Shown: positions 38,338 to 48,618 of the stretch, piece after piece | How the letters are laid out: each line of letters starts with the position of its first letter | How positions within the stretch are numbered: the stretch's first letter is position 1 | Origin: Candidatus Cloacimonadales bacterium | Lineage (GTDB): Bacteria > Cloacimonadota > Cloacimonadia > Cloacimonadales > JAIOQZ01 | Reading direction: 5' to 3' | DNA: 64,000 nucleotides | NCBI GenBank assembly: GCA_963665815.1 | Contig: OY762463.1 | Location: 1,024,001-1,088,000 of the forward strand | The notes under the pieces: model-generated | Database searches by the model: none | What the model was told of the DNA's origin: nothing | What the model saw: the letters and a program-made list of their open reading frames with translations, nothing else | Position numbers and translations under genes: made by a program

Positions 38338-39573
38338 TTATATTATCTTACCAACCATATCAGTGGTGATTCTGTATGTATTTTTATCAGTATCAATCTT
38401 CATGTTCCCATCATCATCAATAATTGTCCGTTGAATTTTTTCTCCTTTGGGAATATATTTTTTCACATCTTTGTGAGTGTTGAATGTTAATCCCTTTGAG
38501 AAACGATTCATTTTGATTTTAACTTCTGATGACTCTTTGTAATTTACAGGTTTAATTTTTGTTGATTTCTTTTTACCCTTTCTGGTAAACTCAAAATTGA
38601 GTTCTTTATCAGATCCCTCAATTATCTTTGTGACATCATAATAATCCTCAATTGATTTGCTGTCGATTTTCACTATTCTATCACCTGTTTTAAGATCTGA
38701 TTCTTCTGCCGGTGTATCATCAATAATTCCCTGAATCTCAACAAAAGTTTCAGGACTATCTTCATTTTTTGCGATACTGACAACTCTGACAGTTGCCCCG
38801 ATATACTTGTCATTAGTAAGAATATTTCCATTATAAAAAGATATAAACTCTCTTTTAAACTCAGAATCAACATTTAGCTCCGGAACAGACACGGAAATAT
38901 TACCTATTTTCATTATCTCATCTTCTGAAGCTCTTGCTCCAAGTTTAAGTCTGATTTTTTTTGTCCCATCCCTGAAAATCTTTAAATCTATTTCATCCCC
39001 TGCTTTAAAGGATTTCAATATTGTCTGAAGTTGATCAAAAGCATATATTTTGTTTCCATCCATTTCAATAATTACATCACCAGTCTTCATACCGGCCTTG
39101 TAGCAAGGACCATCCCTTACAACATCGACCTGCACACCATATGGTACATCAATTCCTATTTTCTTTCTTCGTCTTTCAGAAAGTTTATCGGAATAAATAC
39201 CCATATATGCCGGTGTTGGATTTATATCTTCTCTGGAGCCAAGTTTAACTTTGATATTCTTCTTCTTACCATCTCTTAGAACTGTGAATTTTGATTGATC
39301 TCCGGGTTTTCGGAGTTCAAGCATTGCACGCAACTGAGAAAGCGTATACACTTTTTCTCCATCCATCATTACAATGACATCTTCGGGGAGCATCCCTGCT
39401 TCCTTTGCTTTACCATTTTTCAGTACTCTTTCAATATATACGCCATAATCATTTCTTTTATCCTGAGCAATATCTGACGAAGATGCATCTTTAAGTATTA
39501 CTCCAAGAACAGCTTCAGAAAATACTGAGCAAGTAAAGATCAGCATTATAAGTATAATTAGATTTCTTTTCAT
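38338..39573 (-). CDS. Exported protein with three PDZ domains and no protease domain
   Basis: AVLGV..AKEAGMLPEDVIV, AYMGI..KAGMKTGDVII, YIGA..TPAEESDLKTGDRIV. Confidence 0.85.
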   Translation of the reverse strand: MKRNLIILIMLIFTCSVFSEAVLGVILKDASSSDIAQDKRNDYGVYIERVLKNGKAKEAGMLPEDVIVMMDGEKVYTLSQLRAMLELRKPGDQSKFTVLRDGKKKNIKVKLGSREDINPTPAYMGIYSDKLSERRRKKIGIDVPYGVQVDVVRDGPCYKAGMKTGDVIIEMDGNKIYAFDQLQTILKSFKAGDEIDLKIFRDGTKKIRLKLGARASEDEIMKIGNISVSVPELNVDSEFKREFISFYNGNILTNDKYIGATVRVVSIAKNEDSPETFVEIQGIIDDTPAEESDLKTGDRIVKIDSKSIEDYYDVTKIIEGSDKELNFEFTRKGKKKSTKIKPVNYKESSEVKIKMNRFSKGLTFNTHKDVKKYIPKGEKIQRTIIDDDGNMKIDTDKNTYRITTDMVGKII

Positions 39574-39582
39574 TTTAACTCC

Positions 39583-40026
39583 TTATAAAGATTTGTACAA
39601 ATTCTCTATTTTATTGGGATCCTTTATATATGTTACTGCACCCAATTCTTTGGATACATACTTTTCAACAATGTACTTTGCCGGAATATCTTCTTCTTCT
39701 AACTCATAATATTCGGCTTCAACAACTTTTACAAGTGAATCAGCTTCTTCAATCTGATCACAAAACGAATACTCTTCACGGAATGTGTAATTATGTACTT
39801 TTAAAGCATATTGAGGATTTACAAGAATGACGCTCAGCACTATAAACATGATTGAACACAGTGTATATGCCAACCTCATTCTGTTCTTTGCTCTGACAAA
39901 ATCATTATATTGAGATTTATTGAGATTGTAATGTTTTATCAATCTTCCTCTCAAATCTTCTTCTAAAGTATGATTTTCTATATCAGGAATCTTAGCTTTG
40001 AAGTAACTATTTTCCAAATCTTTCAT
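39583..40026 (-). CDS. Single-TM protein, probable anti-sigma factor
   Basis: One central TM, overlapping the ECF sigma stop. Confidence 0.6.
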   Translation of the reverse strand: MKDLENSYFKAKIPDIENHTLEEDLRGRLIKHYNLNKSQYNDFVRAKNRMRLAYTLCSIMFIVLSVILVNPQYALKVHNYTFREEYSFCDQIEEADSLVKVVEAEYYELEEEDIPAKYIVEKYVSKELGAVTYIKDPNKIENLYKSL

Positions 40027-40561
40027 TATTGACTCCTTTTCTGATTTTCTTCAGTAGTCTATGCATTCTGACCTTGAGAGAATTTTCACTTTTCTTCATT
40101 ACTTCTGCGATCTCAGAGTATGACATTTTTTGGAAAAAGCGTAATCCTATAAGATCTTTGTCTTTAACAGGTAAATTGTTTATAATTGTCTTTATTTCGA
40201 TGTATTCGGGAAATCCGGCATTAACATCGTGATTAGTTTCTTCAATCTCAGTTTCAGTTTTCACAGAATCAGTCAATTTTCTGTGTTTCCCGACTTTTCT
40301 GTAGTACATGTTTATTTCGTTAATCGTTATTCTCATAAGCCATGAGGAGAACCTGCAATTTCTTGAGTCCAGTAACCTGAATGTATTCAATTTGCTCATT
40401 GCTTTAAAGAAGACATCTGAGACTATCTCATTTCTGATTGCCTCATCTGGTACGCGGTGAAATACATAATTGTTTACCATTTTAAAGTACTTCTTATAAA
40501 AGTAATCAAAAGCTGCTATATCCTTCTGTGCATTTAATACATTTTTCCATTCAGGGTCCAT
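40007..40561 (-). CDS. ECF RNA polymerase sigma factor
   Basis: EIVSDVFFKA, FSSWLMRI, MSYSEIAEVM..SLKVRMHR. GGAGG RBS before MDPEW. Confidence 0.92.
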   Translation of the reverse strand: MDPEWKNVLNAQKDIAAFDYFYKKYFKMVNNYVFHRVPDEAIRNEIVSDVFFKAMSKLNTFRLLDSRNCRFSSWLMRITINEINMYYRKVGKHRKLTDSVKTETEIEETNHDVNAGFPEYIEIKTIINNLPVKDKDLIGLRFFQKMSYSEIAEVMKKSENSLKVRMHRLLKKIRKGVNNERFGK

Positions 40562-40735
40562 TGAACCTCCACTTATCACAAACAAAATGCACTATTCATA
40601 GAAAGGTTTCAAGAAAAAATGAATTTTACTACATTTTTTTTTGCTTGTATGAAAAAGACTCTGATACGGATTCAACAGACAGTAACTACCTTAATCCGTA
40701 AAATCCTCCGAAATCAACCCTACACCTTAGATATA

Positions 40736-41182
40736 TCAGTATAATTTGTCTGGCTTGTAGAGTTCTGATTTTGTAAATTGTCTGTCAGGATCAAGAACAT
40801 GTAACCGCATTTTCTCAAACCTGCTGTACTTGACTCCAAGTAGAATGTACTCGTTAATATTATTATAGTGACGACCATTCAAATCACAGGCAAACAAATA
40901 ATGGTGTTCGGGATAATGAGATACTTCATTCCTGAATGCCTGAAATCTTTTAAATACTCCATACAATAATTGGATAGATACACCTGGCTTAATTCCCTCT
41001 TTCAAATATGTTCTGGCGTAATTATTTGTTTCTGCGTTTGATGAATCTGAGTAGTTTGCCAAATTGCTCAAGTCAGCCTTACATTCAATTTCCTCGAAAA
41101 CAGTATTGAACTCAGAAAACTGATCAATTATTGCATCCACATCTTTTAAAAGTGAGTGAATCCTTGATATTGGAGTAATCAT
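40736..41182 (-). CDS. Hypothetical cytoplasmic protein, 148 aa (paralog of 41629..42075)
   Basis: GAGGTG RBS and ungapped similarity to the divergent neighbour. Confidence 0.7.
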   Translation of the reverse strand: MITPISRIHSLLKDVDAIIDQFSEFNTVFEEIECKADLSNLANYSDSSNAETNNYARTYLKEGIKPGVSIQLLYGVFKRFQAFRNEVSHYPEHHYLFACDLNGRHYNNINEYILLGVKYSRFEKMRLHVLDPDRQFTKSELYKPDKLY

Positions 41183-41628
41183 TCCACACCTCTCTTTTTT
41201 ATGACTACTACAATAATAATCAAAAAAAAAGAAATGACAAAATTAAAAATACTATTTTTCAAATTTGCTCAATATTATACATTCATTTTCTTTCCTTTAT
41301 CTTTCCCTGATCATGATTACATTTCCTTCATGATACTCTTTTTTGGAGGTCACTGTCCATACAGAACCTTAATAAACAAGTTCTAATCGAATTTCCTCAT
41401 GTCAAACAATCCCAGTGATTCATATAATATGTAATATTTGCCAATGTAGCTTCAATCTTGCGCTATACTGCAATAATCATCCAGAAATGAACATAATTCA
41501 TCTTAGATTTACATGAAATTCACTGATATTTTTTATTCATCTAATCTACTTAATTTTAATAAATTAAGTCTTTGACAATTTTCAGATGTTTTTTTTCCTG
41601 TCTCCAGAAGCAAAGCAAAGAGGAAAAT

Positions 41629-42075
41629 ATGATAGCACCCATAATACGTGTATCAACATATATACATTTAATCGATAATACATTAGAAAGATTTAATATT
41701 TTTGATAAAAGTATCACTAATTCTCTGGAAATGTACTCAAAAAGTGAAATAGAATTGTTAGGTTGCTCCAGCAATGATATGACAAATCAATTAGCATATA
41801 GATTTCTCAGAAATGGATTTTCAGGTGGAGAATCCATAGAACCTATTATTGGACTTTATTTCAGATTGAATACTATCAGGGAAAAGCTTGAGAAAATATC
41901 TCCAAATCATTTTGTTCTGATGCATGATAAAAAAGGGAAAGCATTTAACAATCCACTGGATTTTCTTTTTTTTGGATTGGAATTCAATGTTAACTCATGC
42001 ATTAACCTCACTCATATATCTCCGGGACCTGTTGACTGCAAAGAAAATGGAAGAGTTACAAAGGGAATGTTTTAG
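41629..42075 (+). CDS. Hypothetical cytoplasmic protein, 148 aa (paralog of 40736..41182)
   Basis: GAGGA RBS before MIAPI and ungapped similarity to the divergent neighbour. Confidence 0.7.
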   Translation: MIAPIIRVSTYIHLIDNTLERFNIFDKSITNSLEMYSKSEIELLGCSSNDMTNQLAYRFLRNGFSGGESIEPIIGLYFRLNTIREKLEKISPNHFVLMHDKKGKAFNNPLDFLFFGLEFNVNSCINLTHISPGPVDCKENGRVTKGMF

Positions 42076-42680
42076 AGATATGTATCTTCTTCTTCCTCTT
42101 CATCATCTTCACCAGTATAGACATCCCATCCAAACATTGTATCTAATTGATAAAGCATTATCTCACTTATAGTAAATGACACTGCACAAAGTAGAACTAC
42201 AACAAAACCAAACTTAAACAATCCTGTAAACTCAATAGCAGACAACTCACTGTCCTGATAGTATTGAATCAAACCAAATACAAGACAATACAAAGCTCCA
42301 TTAACAACTGCAAAAGAAAGATTTCTTATTGTGTTTTGATTGATAAAATCCCATATATACATTATTGTAACAACGAATAAAAGCATATATACAGGATAGG
42401 CGATTATAAAAGCAAATGAATTACCAATCCTCAAATTAAGGAATACAGAAAATAGTGTTGAAAGAACAACAGCAGCAATAAAACCGATAGCACGGCTGAA
42501 ATAAACATAACAAAAAAGGATAAGCCCACAGATAACGGGAAGAATTAGAAACTGCATTCCCGATGAATCATTCAAGTTAAAAACATCTATCTTCATTATC
42601 ATTCCCACAATTGCCGTTATGAACACATTGATCAATGTTATAAGAAATATTGCTGTTATAATAAAAGATGGTTTACGCAT
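42072..42680 (-). CDS. Hypothetical integral membrane protein with acidic tail
   Basis: About six TM segments, AGGAG RBS. Confidence 0.75.
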   Translation of the reverse strand: MRKPSFIITAIFLITLINVFITAIVGMIMKIDVFNLNDSSGMQFLILPVICGLILFCYVYFSRAIGFIAAVVLSTLFSVFLNLRIGNSFAFIIAYPVYMLLFVVTIMYIWDFINQNTIRNLSFAVVNGALYCLVFGLIQYYQDSELSAIEFTGLFKFGFVVVLLCAVSFTISEIMLYQLDTMFGWDVYTGEDDEEEEEDTYL

Positions 42681-42696
42681 TGTGTCTCCTTGTCTC

Positions 42697-44505
42697 CTAA
42701 TTAAAGAAATACCATTTCAGTCTTACAAAAAAGTGAACCGGCATAAGATCAGTTGTATATATTTCTGTTTCATTTGTAATATTCCTGAATTCTCCTGTAG
42801 CACTGAAGTTCTTGGTTATGTCTAATCTTACAAAAGCATTCAAGTAATGAGAATTATATAATTCCGAGTTCTTATAGAATATTGTATTATCATCATATTG
42901 ATATCTTATTCCACCGGTAATTCTATTATTATGTTTAAGTAAATAGCTTAAACTAATTTCGCTGTCTGTATATAATTTTTCAGATTCATACTTGATTCCA
43001 ATGTTCGAGTTCAAGACAAATTGCCTGTATTTCAAGGCTTTCTTCACATCTGCTGACAGGAAAGGTGATTCTACTCTCAGATCAAGTTCATCAGGTGTAC
43101 TTACATATTTCAAAGATAATTCTTCTACAGAATATCCCGCCTTTATTTCTGCTTCTGCACATTGCTTCATCCTGAGTTGAAATCCGTAATTTATCTTATC
43201 GAACTGTAAGTTTTCATATGAAAGTGATAACATGTCCCTTACATCTCTATTAACAAAATCAGTATATACTCCATAGGAGGCGATATCGATATTATCAGCC
43301 ATTACTTCGCCGGAAGCCCATAATGATTTCTCACCAATAACAGCATTACTCTGAGCAGATAATAAATCATTTTTATATGAGTAATCAGCTATTAACCCAG
43401 TGAATTCTCTTGTACTGTTAACAGAAAATTGCCAGAAAGCCTTTAAATTATGATTGCCTGGATTGAATTCCCTGCCAATTGAAAACAAATTATCATAAAC
43501 TTCAGTTGAATCAATCTTATCAGAATATAACTTATAATTGAAATCAATTAAATCAGATCTGTACATTACAGTATACTCATGAGTATAATAACTCTCATTC
43601 TTAACATTTGTAATTGGATTTCTGAGAACTTTTTTCTCAGGAACTTTTTGTCTACTGTTGATATATCTGGTTTCAATTTCACCATATGATAGAGGAGCTT
43701 TTAGCTGTAGATGAATTGATCCGTTAGCTTCATTTATAACCTGAAGTTGATCATCATATAACTCACCATTAAATCCAACATAGTCAAATCGAAGCTGAAT
43801 ATCCTTTCCGAAAATTTTATCCTTACCTACATCCAGTACAATGAAGTCATAATTATAATCGCCGGTTGCCATATAAGCTTTTACCATCATTGGCTCAAGT
43901 TCATAATATCTGCTATTCAGTATCATTGAGTTTTCAGTTTCACTGGTATTGTAAAACCTGTTCATCGTCTGGTAGTAAAGAGGCAATGAGACTTTATCAG
44001 AAACAAATACCATGCCATCTCTTCTTATCAATTTATCAAAATCATGATACCCGTCATAATGAAAACCTTCAGATATATTATACTTCCTGTGAGTATTATC
44101 ATCTATATCCATAACACTGTCGATCAAAGCATAATAATCAATTTTTTCAACTTCTATTATTACAGAATCCTGAATCGACTTCTTCAGAGACTTTTTTAGA
44201 ACATAAACAGCGGCATATGGATTGATTTTACTTTTACCTGCATCCAGTAGAACTTTATTCTTGTATCTGAATATGTATTTTTTAACAATACTTCTCACTG
44301 AAGGATTCAGATAGTGAACAGCAATAGAATCAATATCATAGTTGACAATATAAACATCTGCTTTGACAGTCAATGAATCTCTTACAAGAAGTGAATCCTG
44401 CCCGAATACAGGCACATCATACTTCATGAAGTCACCTTCAGTAACAACTGAAAGCAGTGTACTCACTAACAGGTAAGTAAATAGTAAAATTATTCCACGT
44501 TTCAT
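42697..44505 (-). CDS. Hypothetical outer-membrane beta-barrel protein
   Basis: Signal peptide, FRNITN and C-terminal FFVRLKWYFFN. Confidence 0.65.
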   Translation of the reverse strand: MKRGIILLFTYLLVSTLLSVVTEGDFMKYDVPVFGQDSLLVRDSLTVKADVYIVNYDIDSIAVHYLNPSVRSIVKKYIFRYKNKVLLDAGKSKINPYAAVYVLKKSLKKSIQDSVIIEVEKIDYYALIDSVMDIDDNTHRKYNISEGFHYDGYHDFDKLIRRDGMVFVSDKVSLPLYYQTMNRFYNTSETENSMILNSRYYELEPMMVKAYMATGDYNYDFIVLDVGKDKIFGKDIQLRFDYVGFNGELYDDQLQVINEANGSIHLQLKAPLSYGEIETRYINSRQKVPEKKVLRNPITNVKNESYYTHEYTVMYRSDLIDFNYKLYSDKIDSTEVYDNLFSIGREFNPGNHNLKAFWQFSVNSTREFTGLIADYSYKNDLLSAQSNAVIGEKSLWASGEVMADNIDIASYGVYTDFVNRDVRDMLSLSYENLQFDKINYGFQLRMKQCAEAEIKAGYSVEELSLKYVSTPDELDLRVESPFLSADVKKALKYRQFVLNSNIGIKYESEKLYTDSEISLSYLLKHNNRITGGIRYQYDDNTIFYKNSELYNSHYLNAFVRLDITKNFSATGEFRNITNETEIYTTDLMPVHFFVRLKWYFFN

Positions 44506-45067
44506 ATCATTCCTTATAGATAACTATGTATATCAGCAAAATTAAGCATCTTTATTAAAAAATCTATTCAACTCCTATTTCATCGCAAATTGGAGAATAG
44601 ACAGTTTCAATTATACAAAAGCCTCTTATAATATAGATTGCTACAGGATTAATTTACTGAATAAAATGTCAATAAAGAATAGTTTGTCTCCGATTATATG
44701 AAATAAAACAAAAAAAATATCACTTGCAGATATCGCTTTAAAGTCTTTATGAATTGTATATACAGATGATTTAAAGATACACAACAGAAATCTGCAGAGC
44801 ACTTTCCTGAGCCTTTTTCATTTTTACAGAATTGGCATAGCTTGGCAAAAAATTTGAGTATCATCATACTGTGCAAAAAGTCCTGATTTCATGCTATTTA
44901 AATGCAGAAATCCTTGAATCTCATTATTTTTTAACAATAAATGATATTATAAAAGCAGAAAAAAGGCAAAAAATACCTGCAAAACAAAACAGCACTCCAA
45001 TTGTACGGATTGTAAACCTTGTAAACAACCATGTACAATAGAAGTGCTTAAAAAATTTTAGAAGATA

Positions 45068-45415
45068 TTATTTAAGGATAACTTTAACTTTCACATAAGT
45101 AAAGTTAGTTTTCACAGAAATAAAATAATCTCCAGCCTTTTCTCTTTGACCGTCAAGACCTGTTCCGTCCCATGTAAAAGTATAGGCTCCGGATGCAAGT
45201 TGTCTTTTAGCAAGACTTTTAACAACTACATCATTCTTATCAAGAATAAGAATTTCAGTCTTTGAGTCTTCAGGTATGTTGACAGTAATAGTAGTAGTTT
45301 CCTCAAATGGATCCGGTGTACATGACACTGTCAAATCCGCGATCTCATTCTCAACAGTAGCTACAAGATATACACTTGCCAATATCAGCATAACTAACAC
45401 CAATATCTTTTTCAT
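45068..45415 (-). CDS. Small secreted FlgD-Ig-like domain protein
   Basis: Signal peptide, PDPFEETTTI, FTWDGTGLDG, AGDYF. Confidence 0.8.
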   Translation of the reverse strand: MKKILVLVMLILASVYLVATVENEIADLTVSCTPDPFEETTTITVNIPEDSKTEILILDKNDVVVKSLAKRQLASGAYTFTWDGTGLDGQREKAGDYFISVKTNFTYVKVKVILK

Positions 45416-45444
45416 AATAACTCCTTTATATTACACTTTTTATA

Positions 45445-46371
45445 TTATGCATTTTTTGTTCCAAAATTATCACCAAGACAAATCCCACCAAGAAGAGCAG
45501 CCTTATTTCCAAGCTCTGCTTTCTTAATAACAATTAAATCTCTATGTACTTTATCAATATTTTTTAGAATTACTTCTTTTAATGCCTTGAATGGATATGC
45601 TTCAATATCCAAAACACCTCCACCGACAAGTACTATCTGTGGATTTAAAACTGTAATTCCATTAGCAATAGCAACGCCTAATACCTTTATTGAGTCAGAT
45701 ATTATCATGCGTACTTCTTCATTCATACTAAGATTAGTTAAGACATTATATATTGTCAAGTCATCATTTTCGATTTCTGATATTTTTTTTCTTTTTATCC
45801 TGTTCAATATTCCAGTCACAGAGGAATAAACTTCCGTACATCCTATTTTACCACACTTACATTCCTCCCCATCAAGAACAACTGTGAGGTGACCTATCTC
45901 CATAGACATGTATGTTGATCCATGAAAAATATTTTTACCGGAAACAAATCCGCTACCAATCCCTGTGCCTACTGTAAACCCTAATACGCTTTTCTCAAAA
46001 CCATATAAACTTGCCTCTCCATAAGTCATAAGATTTGCATCATTCTCAAGGAATACAGGAACACCGAATCTTTCCTCAAGAAGTCTCTTAGGATTCACAT
46101 TGAGCAATCCGGGAATATTTGGTGTAAATCCCAATACTTCACCAGTCTCACTGTTTACACATCCGGGAGTTCCCAATGCTATACAGTTCAGCTTGTCCTC
46201 AAGCGAATACTTCTTTATAATTGACTCCACACATGTAATCAACAAATGATTTATACCGTCAGAAGTATGATCAGCGACTGGCATTTTGTCGTCGAAATCA
46301 ATAACTCCATTTGAACCGATACCATACTTTAAAAATGATCCTCCAAGATCCATTGTAATAGTTTTATTCAT
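45445..46371 (-). CDS. ROK family sugar kinase
   Basis: DLGGS, LENDAN, GTGIGSG, EIGH..C.CG..GC.E. Confidence 0.92.
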   Translation of the reverse strand: MNKTITMDLGGSFLKYGIGSNGVIDFDDKMPVADHTSDGINHLLITCVESIIKKYSLEDKLNCIALGTPGCVNSETGEVLGFTPNIPGLLNVNPKRLLEERFGVPVFLENDANLMTYGEASLYGFEKSVLGFTVGTGIGSGFVSGKNIFHGSTYMSMEIGHLTVVLDGEECKCGKIGCTEVYSSVTGILNRIKRKKISEIENDDLTIYNVLTNLSMNEEVRMIISDSIKVLGVAIANGITVLNPQIVLVGGGVLDIEAYPFKALKEVILKNIDKVHRDLIVIKKAELGNKAALLGGICLGDNFGTKNA

Positions 46372-46372
46372 A

Positions 46373-47272
46373 CTAAACTCTTTTTCTCTTTATTATACTT
46401 ATAAGCTTCTCAAAATCAAGACCAAGAACAATTACTACAAAACCTGCAATCTGAAGCAGATGAATATCTTCCTTCAACAAAAAGAATGCCAGAAGTCCGG
46501 CAATCACAGGCTTTATATAAAAAAACATTGCCGCATTTGCTGCGGGAATATGTTTCAATGCATCAAAATACAGAATATATGCAACTCCGGTAACCCCCAC
46601 ACCAAGATATAGTAGAGAAGCTATATTCTCAGTAGTCAATGGAAAAGTAAGATCAATATGCAAGAAAGCTGCTACAGCAAACAATACAATTGAACCAATG
46701 AAAAAGGAAATACTGATGAAAAAGTATTTACTGTAATTTCTCACTATTCTGGCAGAAATTGATGTATACAGTCCAAACGTCACAGCCGATGCAATCCCAA
46801 AAATTGCTCCGAGAAGCATATTTTCCGATCCTTTCAGAGAATTTATATCCGCCAACAGAATCAAAACTATTCCTGCGAGCCCCAGCAGCAAACCTGTCAA
46901 TCTAACCATGGAGAGCTTTTCTTTCAGAATAAACTGAGAAAATATTCCTACAAATACGGGATTAGCACTGACAAGCAATGCTGCCATTACAGCTTTCCCA
47001 AAATGAATAGACAACTGAAGAAAAAACATAGCTATAGATACATTGAGTATTCCCGGAAAACCTATATACAAAAAGTCTCTGAATTTCAACTTCTTATCCA
47101 TTTTTCGGTACTCAATGATTGCCAGTGGAAGGATAACTAATCCTCCAATCAGAAACCTGAATGCAGTAATCGCCAGAGGATGCACTGAATACCTCAGGGA
47201 TTTTCCGACATACTCTATCGTTGAAAACAGACATATTGTCAGAAAACAAAATATATAACTTCTTTTAATCAA
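46373..47272 (-). CDS. EamA/DMT family transporter
   Basis: About ten TM segments, AFRFLIGG, LYLGVGVTGVAYILY. Confidence 0.9.
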   Translation of the reverse strand: MIKRSYIFCFLTICLFSTIEYVGKSLRYSVHPLAITAFRFLIGGLVILPLAIIEYRKMDKKLKFRDFLYIGFPGILNVSIAMFFLQLSIHFGKAVMAALLVSANPVFVGIFSQFILKEKLSMVRLTGLLLGLAGIVLILLADINSLKGSENMLLGAIFGIASAVTFGLYTSISARIVRNYSKYFFISISFFIGSIVLFAVAAFLHIDLTFPLTTENIASLLYLGVGVTGVAYILYFDALKHIPAANAAMFFYIKPVIAGLLAFFLLKEDIHLLQIAGFVVIVLGLDFEKLISIIKRKRV

Positions 47273-47450
47273 ACTATCTCCATATTTTTAATACAATTAT
47301 TATCCAGTTTCTTCTGACATAGACAAATGAGTCAAGAGTAATGATGAAAATATACTGCATTCATAAAGCATTAATATAATATTTCCTTTACATCTGAGTG
47401 CAGCTCAATATATTTTTCACATAATACAATCCCATAACTTAGGAGAAAAA

Positions 47451-47921
47451 ATGGAAAATGCATACAAAGTAGAAGTATTTGATTATAAGCAAACTCAATT
47501 TCTTGGAATAAAAGAAGTAGTTAAATTTGATAAGCTTCCTGAATTTTTTGAGAGAAATTATGCAAAATTGATGACTCACTTGAAGCAGAACGAAATAGAA
47601 TGCATTGGAATTCCTGCTGCCATATACTATGGTTGGAACATGGAAAACAATGAAACAACTGTAGCAGCCGCACTACCAGTCGATAAACCCATTTCCGTAG
47701 ATGAAGTAATGGTAATAGACATGCCTGCCCGTAAAGCATATATGACTGACTATTTCGGACCATACGACAAAATGATGCCTGCCTATACAGCACTCATGAG
47801 TAAAATGGAGAAGGATCAAGCTGAAATGGATTTCCCCTGTCTGGAGCTTTACATGAATGATCCTGCTGTAATAAAGGATCCTTCAAAGTGGCACACAAGA
47901 ATAATTGTGTTTTACAAATAG
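47451..47921 (+). CDS. GyrI-like small-molecule-binding domain protein
   Basis: GIPAAIYY, YFGPYD, ELYMNDP..PSKWHTRI. Confidence 0.88.
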   Translation: MENAYKVEVFDYKQTQFLGIKEVVKFDKLPEFFERNYAKLMTHLKQNEIECIGIPAAIYYGWNMENNETTVAAALPVDKPISVDEVMVIDMPARKAYMTDYFGPYDKMMPAYTALMSKMEKDQAEMDFPCLELYMNDPAVIKDPSKWHTRIIVFYK

Positions 47922-47954
47922 CGAGCCTTGCATATCAGCAGAATCTAGTATCTC

Positions 47955-48110
47955 TGGTATAATGATGAAAGTACTGTAGGTGAGTTTAAAAACACACCTG
48001 ATAGAACAGTCCCGACTTGATTAAAAGTAATGATGAGATTTTATTTCAAAAAATTACTGAGGGATGCATATTTTGTGTCAGAATTTGATGAAATCTGATA
48101 CCAAGTCAAC
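47955..48110 (+). ncRNA. Candidate structured RNA (unassigned)
   Basis: Extended -10 TGGTATAAT followed by several nested stems in an ORF-free region. Strand uncertain. Confidence 0.3.
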
Positions 48111-48226
48111 TAACCTCAATCATGCAGGAATCTCAAATAATTTGTAGATTTTGAATAAAAACATTGACAGATATTCAATAGTTTACCAGATTAGAGATGT
48201 ACTTCAAAGGAAATATCTTCTCGAAT

Positions 48227-48260
48227 GCGCAAGTCCAAAGTGGCTTGCGTTTTCTTTTAT
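48227..48260 (+). terminator. Intrinsic terminator closing a candidate ~60-nt sRNA
   Basis: GCGCAAG-T-CCA-AAG-TGG-CTTGCGT followed by TTTCTTTT. Confidence 0.6.
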
Positions 48261-48618
48261 AAGGTTAATTATATCAATTTTACATATTGCATTATGTTGG
48301 CAGAACTAATTTTTACTGCATTCAATTGCCACCAGGTTTTCGATTGTAGAGAGAAACAGAACGAAAACAAGTCTTGAAATGCTGATTATAAATCTTACAT
48401 CCTTGATTATATGTGGTTTATTATCGCTAAAGGCTGGAATAATCTAATGTAACTCTTTTTGTCAAAACTAATTAGGTTCTCCTTCAGACCCAGTTATTTG
48501 AACGCACCCCGTGTTTCTATTTTCAGGTGTATAATATTTATTATCATATCAAGACACTATAACTATTAAAAAAGCAGACTACCAAAAGACAGTCTGCTCT
48601 AAAAAGATTCTATAAATA

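Noticed and set aside
41201-41386. 61-aa ORF in the spacer between the divergent paralogs, and the many short antisense ORFs in the track
   Set aside because: No RBS, low-complexity composition, or complete overlap with well-supported genes.
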